The notes under the pieces were generated by a model. The model made no database searches, was not told the DNA's origin, and saw only the letters and a program-made list of their open reading frames with translations. Source: Felis catus (taxonomy: Eukaryota). From it: a stretch of 64,000 nt of DNA. The stretch covers positions 163,868,001 through 163,932,000 of the forward strand of contig NC_058368.1 of the NCBI RefSeq assembly GCF_018350175.1, given 5' to 3'. This document shows, one piece after another, positions 54,642-64,000 of this stretch (its first letter is position 1; each line of letters opens with the position of its first letter). The position numbers and the translations under genes were made by a program.

Positions 54642-55935
54642 TTCTTCCTTAAAAAAAAAGGAAAATAGAAAAAAACCTTTCATTTTCATTTGCTTTTTGT
54701 TCAATGCTAGAACATTATGTGAATGCTGATGTAATTAGAATAGGCATGGTTTCTAAAGCTATATACTCTTCAAAAGGTCATTTATAGCCAACTGTCATCA
54801 TAGTATACATTTCAAAATTGTTATCAGTTGAGGATTTTAAATATAATTCACCATGGGGGGTGTATAACACAATGTATAAAGATCTTTGGCAATAAAAAAG
54901 AATGGGGGGGCATATCCTTGAGAGGGGGTGTCAAGATACCTGAGGCAGATCAGAGAGATTTCAATATAGATCAAGGGAATGAGAGGGGTTAAAGCAGACA
55001 GAAGTCAAGTCAGAGGGTTTTTAGCAGATGATAACTAGTATTCTCTTAGAGGCAATGTTGTCAGAAATAGGTGCCTGCCTTTGGGAAAATTATGATCCTA
55101 CAGTTAATTTATTCGAAACCTGTGTTACGTTTCACTTGAAAACACTTTTTTGCATTCCCTTGTACAATTAATTCTATAATCCACGTGGGACTATTTTTGT
55201 TCATAGTGTAAAGTAGCAGCAAGATTCATTTTTATCCAATGGATAATCCATTTGACTTGGCACCATTCTTGAAATACCATCTTTGTCCCATTGTGCTGCA
55301 GTTGTCATCCTTGTCATAAATCAAATGACCATGTATTTTGGATCTCTCATTGAACACTGTGCTGGTGGTCACTTTGTCAAAACTTGAACCATTAACTTTG
55401 GTTTTTTAAACCATTAACCATTAACTTTGTCTGCTTTGTTTTTTAAACCATTAACTTTGTCTGCTTTGTTACTCCATTTTTTTCAGTAAGAACAAAATAT
55501 ATAGAAAATGTTTCCTACCGCTTTATAAAAATTGTCATTGTGGATTGAATGTGGTAGGGCACAGACTGAGCAATGCTTTGTGGAAACAGTTCATGCTTAA
55601 GTTCTCTACGAGTTATGTTCTGAGAACAAAGTACTTTTAAAGGTATGAATTTTCGTTTAGTGAAATGCTACTAAGAATTGATTTGCGATTCTGACTAGAC
55701 TTCTATTATTTTAAGCAATAAGATATTTAGCCTAAAAAGGAAAGGTTATAATCCATACATTTTGACTTGTTTTGTGTCTAGTGTTCTCACAATGCAATTT
55801 GGCTGATCAATTTTATAGGAGTATGAACAAAATTTAGGGGAAACATGGGCCAAAAAGATTAACTGTTCACCTTTCCTGTTTGTATTTTTCTGCTACTTAT
55901 AAAAAAGGTCAAATCTACTACTCACAAAAGGGGAG

Positions 55936-55937
<2 letters not shown>

Positions 55938-55974
<37 letters not shown>

Positions 55975-56110
55975 CAGGTGATGGGGATTAAAGAGCACTC
56001 TTACGACAAACACTTAATAGTGTACAGAATTGCTGAATCACAATATTGTACGCTTGAAACTAATAACACAGTATGTTAACTATACTGGAATTAAAACAAA
56101 AAGCTTAAGA
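55938..56110 (+). mobile_element. (GT)n microsatellite followed by a carnivore L1 3' end
   Basis: (GT)~17 at 55938-55971, then aggtgatggggattaaagagcac...gttaactatactggaattaaaa. Confidence 0.85.
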
Positions 56111-56869
56111 AAAAACTACTCACAGGAATGGTGAAAATATGTTTACAACTTAAATTAGAAGGAGTGATTTCTATATTAGAAAACAACTTTTTATTTCTTT
56201 TGATTTACTATAGAATTTATCTCACTGTTCTCTTCATATTGAGATTTCTAAATGCTTTACGAATATTATCAATAACAAAAACTACAACTTTCCAGGACTT
56301 TATTTTGAATTATTGCTGTATACTGACTCATGTATGGTCTCCCTTCCAAGTTGCCTTTCCCGTAAATTGATTTTCCACAAAATATCACACAGATTCTTCA
56401 GTTAGGTTTTCTTTAAGCAATATTTTACTGTCTTACGTTCTGAGGTCATTCATTTCTTCACCTTCCCAAGAGGCCACTCCACAGGACAGAGTGCAAAACT
56501 GCCCTCCAAAAATATAGTACTATTCACTATCCCCAGTACAGTTCTTAAGGATTCAATATTCTCAGGAGAAAGGAAGCTTTTTTTTTTTTTTTTTTTTTTT
56601 GGCAGAAAAGCCATCTAGAAACAGAACCGATTCTCATTCCAGAAAATTACACAAAATCTGAAATCCAGCTCGGCTGCTGGATTTATTTTTTCGTTTCCCA
56701 TTGACGGGTTTCCCACAAGGTAAGGATTTGAAGGTAGGATAAGGTGATTCATTTAGCTTAATGCCATCCTTGCTTTCCAAAAAGAACAGACCATTCTGAG
56801 AGGTCGTTTAAAGAAGGTTAAAAGGGCCTTAGATTTTAACGAAACCACATCCATTTTTACCGATGTGTC

Positions 56870-57800
56870 CCGGGGCCCGTGCCTCGCTCAGTGTCACATG
56901 GTTCAAGAAACAGGGCAGAGTTCAAGTACGGCTCTGTCAGTGAAGTCACTGCCCATTATTTAACGATTTCCACGTCCTTGGGCATTCGAGGTGGCCATTT
57001 AACCAGTCAAGCAACACGTACGCACTCTCTCTCCAAACGCTTAAATGCCTTGAGATAGTTTCTTTTCTTGTTATTACTGTGAGATTCCTTCTTTTAACGT
57101 GAATCTACAGTTGAAGCAGCATTTTGTTTTCCCCACCTCAAAGACTGGACTGGAAAACCAGCAGCAGCCGAGAGGCTGCGCCCCCGGCCCCCATCGGGAA
57201 GCTCCCGCGCCTGCACCCGCACCGCACCCCGAAACTGCGCCAAACAACCCAGCATGGCCAGGCCGACAGCGCTGAGATCAAAAAGCACTGAGAACTGGCC
57301 ACCCAACCCAGAGCGGGCACCGGGGACGACTAACTTGCCGTTGCTGTTACTAACCAAAGGTAACCAGAATAGAGGAAAGCAGGATACTGCTGCAAGACCG
57401 GGAAAACCCCACGCTCACTCTTCCCGGCGTCGGAAAGAGCCTTCCTGACTTCCGGCGGAGGTTCGCTGTCCTCGCACGGTTTTATGGGAAATGTAGTTTG
57501 AGGATCACAAACTGTGCGTGATCCGTGAAGGGGAGGGGCTTGGGGGTGAACGCGTTCGGGAGCCTGGGCGGGGAGGTCACTGCTGTTAAGGTCCAGCTTC
57601 TTGGTGGTGAGTCAGGGGCTGGTTTTCCTTTTCGTCATGCCGAGACATGTGAAGTGTGGTGCGGACGATGGAAAACCGTAGGTGTGTGGAAACGGTTTTA
57701 AGTTTTTCAGTATTTCACACCAGTCACCTAACCTCTCCTGTATGCTTCAATGCAGTGGCGTGTTCAAAGTCGACTTGCGCGTTGAATAAACCTGGCATAT
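56870..57800. promoter_or_regulatory. NUDT12 CpG-island promoter with ETS (CCGGAAGT 57448-57455, CAGGAAG 57441-57447), ZNF143-type ACTACATTTCCCA (57485-57497) and GC box (57566-57573)
   Basis: The only non-repeat CpG-dense region in the window; motifs read directly from the sequence. Confidence 0.88.
57419..57460 (-). other. NUDT12: NUDT12 non-coding exon 1 (TSS approximate)
   Basis: Donor GAAGA|gtgagc (GT at 57418-57417) inside the CpG-rich region, directly below the promoter motifs. Confidence 0.7.
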
Positions 57801-58289
57801 TGGCGGGACCAACTTACTCCAGTATATGACCTTAAATAAGTTCTGGGCCTCTGAAACTCAACTCCTCATGTGCAAAATGGTACTATGTATTGATTCTTCA
57901 TTCATTTAATCGTCCTTTGAAGGGTGTATATCAAACTCCCATAACACCTCTTTGGGTTATGAGGTTAAAAGAGGGTAAAGCTCTTAGGAAGTTGAGGGTT
58001 TAGCTAGTACTCACACCACCATTATTTGTGCTGTTAATTATTTCATTTCCTAAAGCCTAAAGAAGTTGCGTGAGTTCGAGATTACAAAGCTAGGTTTTGG
58101 TAGTCTCCTGGACCAGAGTTTTTTTCTTTACTGAAATGCATCCTTGGCATTCAGCATATTAAGGAGTCTGTTATGTTAAGGTTGACCACTGCTTCCTGCC
58201 TGAATTTGAGATATTGGAAGCTTTCTCTCATGACAGTGAAGTTATGTATACCGGTCGACATTTGCTTTCATTACTGCTGTTTTTATTCT

Positions 58290-58430
58290 TTTTCTTTTTT
58301 TTGCTTTTGTATTTTTTTTCTAAAGTGAATGAATGAATGAATTTAGTAACCTCTACACCCATTGTGGAGCTTGAAATCAGTATGCCAAGATCGAGAATTG
58401 TGTGCTCTTCTGACTGAGCCATCAGGCACC
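58290..58430 (-). mobile_element. Short carnivore SINE
   Basis: ctctacacccattgtggagcttgaa...gactgagccatcaggcacc. Confidence 0.8.
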
Positions 58431-58559
58431 GCATCTTTACTGCTTTTTAAACCTGTGTACTGTGCTTTTTTCTGTGAGTAGTTGTCTTTAGTCTTTAATG
58501 ATTTCCAGGATCACATAAGACCTCAGAAATACTAAGTTTTAGTTAACTCACTTGGAATA

Positions 58560-60090
58560 CCCAATCTTGTATTCAAACTTACATTACATAGATTAGTATA
58601 AGGAGCACTCATACATTAATCATATAGTGTAAACAATTATAAATATATAGTCATTCCAGTCTTTAGTATTCTTGTGAAGTAAACACCAGACACTATATTA
58701 TTTTATTAATAAATATTTAAGGGTAAGCTTTTTGGAATTATGAATATATATTTAAGATGTAAAATGGCTCCTAAAAAGAATATAACTATGTCATTAGTAC
58801 GACTAAAATTTTAACAGTAATTCCATAATATAGAAGAGATGTTCAGTATCAAATGTTATTGTCTCAAATTTTCTTTAATATATTTTACGGTTGATTTGCT
58901 CAAATCAGGACTTTAAAAAGTCTCCACATTACATTTGATGTTTTTTGATCTATAGATTCTCCTGTAGTTTTTCTTGCAATTTATTTGAGAATAATGATTA
59001 TCTGCTCTGTAGAGTTTCCCATATTCTGAATTTTGTAAATTGTATTCTCACATTATCTTATTGCCTATATTTCTTGTAAACCGGCAGTTAAATCTACAGG
59101 ATTTTTCAGATTAAAAATTTTTTTTTTCAATGAGGAGACTTTATAGGTGTTATTTATTACCTATTATTTTACATTAAGTGGCATACACTGTCTATTTCTT
59201 GTTACAGTTGGTTATTGGGTTTAGATATTGTTAGGCTGTTAAAGTTTATGATAAACATAAATTATCCCATCAACTTGCCAGCTAATAGTTTTAGTAGCCA
59301 TCAATTATTATTGCTTACTTCCATTATTTCATTACAAGTCGCAAAATGATGATATTTTTATTTGATCATGCTACATTTATTAACAGAAATTCTCTTTTAT
59401 AGTGAAGAACTTTACCTCATTTAGTACAGTTTACACAGAAAAAAATGGCATAAATGTGAAATTTTCTCATTTATTTCCTAGTTTTTAGAATAATGAGTTA
59501 GTTCCCTAATATCCTTCAAGTTTGTTTTTTAATTTTTTTTAACGTTTATTTATTCTTGAAAGAGAGAGACAAAGAGAGAGAGAGACAGAATCTGAAGCAG
59601 GCTCCAGGCTCTGAGTTGTCAACACAGAGTCAGATGTGAGGCTCAAACTCACGAACCACAAGATCATAACCTGAGCCAAAGTCAGACACTTAACCAACTT
59701 AGCCACCCAGGCGCCCCCTTCAAGTTTTTAAATATACTTAGGAACTCATGGTTGTTAAAAATTTTAATATATTTCAAGTTATTGAAGATATTATTATCTA
59801 AAAATATTTCTATAATATTTATTATTTTGATGTTCAAATTACTTCTTTGGTCAGTGGGAACCCTAAGTGGGTCCCTGGGTTCTTTTGATCAGACTACTGT
59901 AGTGTTTGACAGTTTACTTCCTTTCTGGCATGACAAAATATTTTAAGCTCTTACTGTAAATATTCTGCACAGATCTGGAATCAGTCCTTTTTCCAAGGAA
60001 TATTGGTTCCTTTTAGTAGAAAATGGTATTTAGAAACCATTGGTATTTAGATACCATGGTTCTTTGAATTTCAGGTGCTCATCGCTAATA
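58560..60090 (-). mobile_element. Old L1M 3' remnant containing a felid SINE at ~59522-59717
   Basis: Antisense old-L1 text (ggaatcagtccttttccaaggaatattggttccttttagtagaaaatggtatttagaaacca). The SINE is flanked by ccttcaagttt. Confidence 0.7.
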
Positions 60091-61047
60091 GGTTACTGAA
60101 TCCTTTCTGCATGTAATCCTCCCCCAACGAAACTGAACAGATTCAGTTCCTATCCTATAGGATTTTACATTCCAAGGACAAGATTGGTTCCAACATGGAT
60201 ATTAATGCCATAAAGTAATGTTTTTATTTTATTAATTGTCCTGCTTGGGCACTTAATGTTCCTTAATACTTGGGGAAAAAGTTAAAACTCTTTAGCTTAG
60301 CATTTCTGCCTTCTGTAATATGGACCCAACACATATTTTTTGCCATACTTTCCCAAGAATATCCTATATAAACTGTTTCCATGATCTAGCCAAACTGGCT
60401 TATAACTGATCTAGGATGCCTCTTATGCTTTCTTACCTCAGTGCTTTTGCTCATGCCACATTTCCTAACTTAAATGCTTTCCCTTAACCAAATCCAACCC
60501 ATTTCTCAGAGTCCAGCTCAAATCACACTTCTGATGGGTCTTCTAGATTATTTCCATCCACGTGTTGATCAGTTTACCACCAATATACCCTTGCTCTTGC
60601 CATGTCAGTGTATGCTGGCTGTTACATACAGCAATCGTATTCCTTTGCCTGAGGACTCTTTCTTGTCACCAGAACCCACTTTGCCTTCCTGCTCAGTAGA
60701 CCAGCAATGCCAGATAATTAATACTGCCTGGGAGTATCCCTCAGTTAATGACTGACATGAATGACTATATAAAACTATATAAAACCCTTTTCACCCTTTC
60801 ACATACTGGCTACACTGCTGTAAACTGGTTGCCAGATGTCCCCAGAGGAATTATTATTATTATTTTTATTTCTTTTTAATCCACAGTGGATACTTGATTA
60901 ATAACCAACCCTTTATGCTTGACTTTCCTTCCAAGTTTCACTTCTGTCTTACCTTACCATTGCTTTTTCCTATATAACCAATTGCATATGAATCTTTGTC
61001 TCAGGATTTGCTTCTGGGCAAACATTAACTAAAACAAACATTTTTTT

Positions 61048-61235
61048 GCGCTACCTGGGTGGCTCAGTTGGTTAAGTGTCTCACTTCAGCTCTTAGGTTA
61101 TGATCTCACGGTTTATGGGTTCGAGCCCCACATTGGGCTCTGTGCTGACAGATTCAAATTCTGCCTCTCTGTCCCCTACTCATGCTCTGTCTCTGTGTCT
61201 CTCTATCTTTCAAAAATAAAATAAACATAAAAAAG
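61048..61235 (+). mobile_element. Felid SINE with internal deletion
   Basis: cctgggtggctcagttggttaag...aaaataaaataaacataaaaaa. Confidence 0.9.
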
Positions 61236-62220
61236 GTCAACAAACTTTTTTTCCTCTTTTTAGTTCATAATCTCTATTATATAGTAGTTAGCCTCCTCTG
61301 CATAGTTTGGGAGAATCACCAACTATCATTAAATATATAAATCCCTATTACCACTCATTCTGGGACACACTATATCCTATTGTATATATGAGAATTGCTG
61401 TTATTGCAAACCAGTGCATGGAATTTGGATTGATTGCCTTTGAGTTGAATAATTTGGAGTTCAAGTTTGAAACCACGAATTTCTCCCTGCCCATCCATAG
61501 CATTGTTTTAAATGCTAAAATGGCCTATCTCTCATTATCACCACCCCTTTAAGATTTCATGGTCCTTTTGTTGTACTTTTTAGTTTTAGCTGCTCTGGAA
61601 AGTTAGTCTCTGCCTTTTTTGGGTGCCCTGCAAATGAATATTGTATGTAACACACAGAATGTTTCTTAAGGCAGAAATATGCCTACTGTATCCTGCAAAT
61701 TTAGTGAAAATCCATCTAGTCCATCCATTCTTGAAACTTGAGTTTATGGATAATATAGAAATAAAAATTTATGTAGATAATTTTATTTGGTAATTAGCCT
61801 TATACTTTCTGAAGATATGTCTTATTCTTGTCACACATTGCTTTAAAATTTTGGTATTAACTCACACTTCATATATTTTTGCCTTATTTTCTAAAAGATT
61901 GTATTTTTTAAGTGAAGAGTCTGATTTAAAAAAATTAAATATGATAATAGCTGCTTTTCTTTCATATGTAAGGCACTTAATAACATTGATGGTTGATGGT
62001 GATGAGATATGCTGGGAAGGGTGCTTTAACTCTACAATTTAGAGGTTAATTCCATAAAAGTGACAGTATCTTGAACTTTACATAAGGTCCTTATTGCAAG
62101 ATAATTTCACATGTAACTATAGTTAGGGGTGTTTCTAATTTATATGCATCGTATATATATTCTACATTCTTGAATATACTACGTTTGCTTTACACTTTGG
62201 ACTAGCTGTATTCTCCTTTT

Positions 62221-62446
62221 TTTTAAAAAAATTTTTTTTTTTTAACGTTTATTTATTTTTGAGACAGAGAGAGACAGAGCTTGAATGGGGGAGGGTCAGA
62301 GAGAGAGGGAGACACAGAATCTGAAACAGGCTCCGGGCTCCGAGCTGTCAGCACAGAGCCCGACGCGGGGCTTGAACCCAGGGACTGTGAGATCATGACC
62401 TGAGCCGAAGTCAGACATTTAACCAACTGAGCCACCCAGGCGCCCC
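62221..62446 (-). mobile_element. Felid SINE
   Basis: TSD ctgtattctcctttt at 62206-62220 and 62446-62460. Confidence 0.96.
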
Positions 62447-62799
62447 TGTATTCTCCTTTTAAAATACCCTTGCTTTACATTTTCTAATTGTTGGCTTCTT
62501 ATCATCATGTGTCTCTCAGATGTTACCTTTATAGAGTGCTTCTCTGATCAGCCTGCTTAGGTAGCTCTCCTACTGGTATTTTCTCATTTCTGGCATTCTT
62601 GTTTTGGATATTTGTTTCTGATGTTTATTTATTGCATGTCTTTATTAGAATGTGAATTTCTACATGTAAAGGTCTTTGTTTATGTCAATTACAACCATTC
62701 TCTCTGAACCTAGATTTTGATTGGCATACAGGAAACATTCGGTGAATATTTGTTGATGTTGAATAAACAGTTGTTTTCATATTAAGTTAAAAAATTATT

Positions 62800-63223
62800 A
62801 TTTTTTTTTCAATTTTTTTTTCAATTTTTTTTTTCAACGTTTATTTATTTTTGGGACAGAGAGAGACAGAGCATGAACGGGGGAGGGGCAGAGAGAGAGG
62901 GAGACACAGAATCGGAAACAGGCTCCAGGCTCTGAGCCATCAGCCCAGAGCCCGACGCGGGGCTCGAACTCACGAACCGTGAGATCGTGACCTGGCTGAA
63001 GTCGGACGCTTAACCGACTGCGCCACCCAGGCGCCCCCAAAAATTATTATTTTTATTTTGCTTTTTTATTTTAGAGAGAGAGAGTGCAAATTGGGGAGAG
63101 GGGCAGAGTGAGAGAAAGAGAGAATCTTAGCAGGCTCCATGCTAAGCATGGAGCCTGACACGGGGCTCAATCCCATGAAATCAAGAGTCGGACACTCAAC
63201 CAATTGAGCCACCCAGGCACCCC
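62800..63223 (-). mobile_element. Young SINEC_Fc (62800-63038) nested in the tail of an older SINEC (to 63223)
   Basis: Inner TSD aaaaattattatt; outer flanks aagttaaa. Confidence 0.93.
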
Positions 63224-63529
63224 AAAGTTAAATATATTTTTGATGTTGCTACCATATCTTAGTAATTAGAACTTCTCAAATAACGTTAGACATGCATGCA
63301 TCAGACTTTCTGTGATTATGTTTGTTTCTCTGTTTATGGAATTTAGTCAGGAAGACAGCATCTGGTTGTTCCTTTCAAAGAGCTATTGACTAATGAAGTA
63401 AAATAGATAATAAACAATTTATATTCTATGGTGGAGTGAAGACAAAGTGGAGAGTGCATTGTGGGTACTCAATCTACACTTATAGGACAGGGTTAGAAAA
63501 ATGTATAGTGGAGACTTAAAGTACTTACC

Positions 63530-63900
63530 CATGTGTTATTCTTCTCTTTTTCCAGATCTACTGGGAAGGGTATATGGCCCAGGCTCTTTACCGCTAGGCA
63601 TGGCTTTGTGACTAATTTTAGCCAATGCCCTGTGGACAGAAGTGGTGCCCTTCTGGGCCAAAGCAGTTATGAGATAGTACCTTGCTCTCCAGATATTTAT
63701 TAACTTTTCATGGCAATATGAGTATGGCATGTTAAGATAACCCTGTCACAGAGATAGAACTGGCACTCACCAGTTGGAAGCCGCTGTGGAGAGCTGCCAG
63801 ACTTGAAACAGACTTTGTATGAGTGAGAAAGAAAACTTTGGTGTAAGCTGAAGAGATTTCAGAGTTAACTCACTACCTCACCATAACATTCTGAGTAACA
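63530..63900 (+). mobile_element. MaLR LTR (MLT1-type) remnant
   Basis: ggcatggctttgtgactaattttagccaatg...gactttgtatgagtgagaaagaaaacttt...ctgagtaaca. Confidence 0.7.
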
Positions 63901-64000
63901 CAGAAAACCGTGAGGAAGTAACCCCTGAACTGAGATTGGAAAAGCCAGGAAGAATGAAAGGGCAAAATCAGTTAGTTCATCAGGGATTACTCCTTTCCTT

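Noticed and set aside
54648..54704. Upstream extension of the NUDT12 ORF (MNKKQMKMKGFFLF...)
   Set aside because: Intronic polypyrimidine tract; the true start is ATG 54641.
57094..57448. ORFs within the CpG island
   Set aside because: GC-rich sequence is depleted of stops; no recognisable protein.
60024..60060. 17-bp tandem duplication of a small stem-loop (tggtatttagaaaccat / tggtatttagataccat)
   Set aside because: Only two units, inside an old L1 remnant; ordinary slippage and not an array.

Overview
AT-rich mammalian genomic DNA. The dense carnivore SINEs, including young cat-type SINEC_Fc copies, indicate a felid. Two tandem minus-strand genes are present. (1) A complete NUDT12 gene: CpG-rich promoter at ~57.4-57.6 kb, a non-coding exon 1 and six coding exons. 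I joined the exons by hand to 1386 nt = 461 aa + stop (ankyrin repeats, Zn ribbon, Nudix box, C-terminal PNL). (2) Just downstream, the 5' part of a large spliced gene that runs off the left edge. Its exons are 37399-37428 (tentative), 24716-24807, a 2340-nt exon at 19879-22218, 12621-12812 and 2258-2425. All are phase-compatible and give >900 uninterrupted codons. From its position next to NUDT12 and recalled peptide similarity I infer this is an intact PDZPH1 (PDZ and PH domains 1), a pseudogene in human (PDZPH1P) and a little-studied retina-enriched gene in mouse; this needs a database check. A cluster of CRX/OTX-type sites surrounds its putative first exon. Other oddities are a 131-bp 97%-identical local duplication, a probable retrocopied mRNA 3' end, a templated-repeat scar, and inverted SINEs flanking the giant exon. 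The rest is SINE/L1/L2/MIR/LTR/DNA-transposon remnants. Repeat boundaries are approximate and repeat family names come from recalled consensus sequences.
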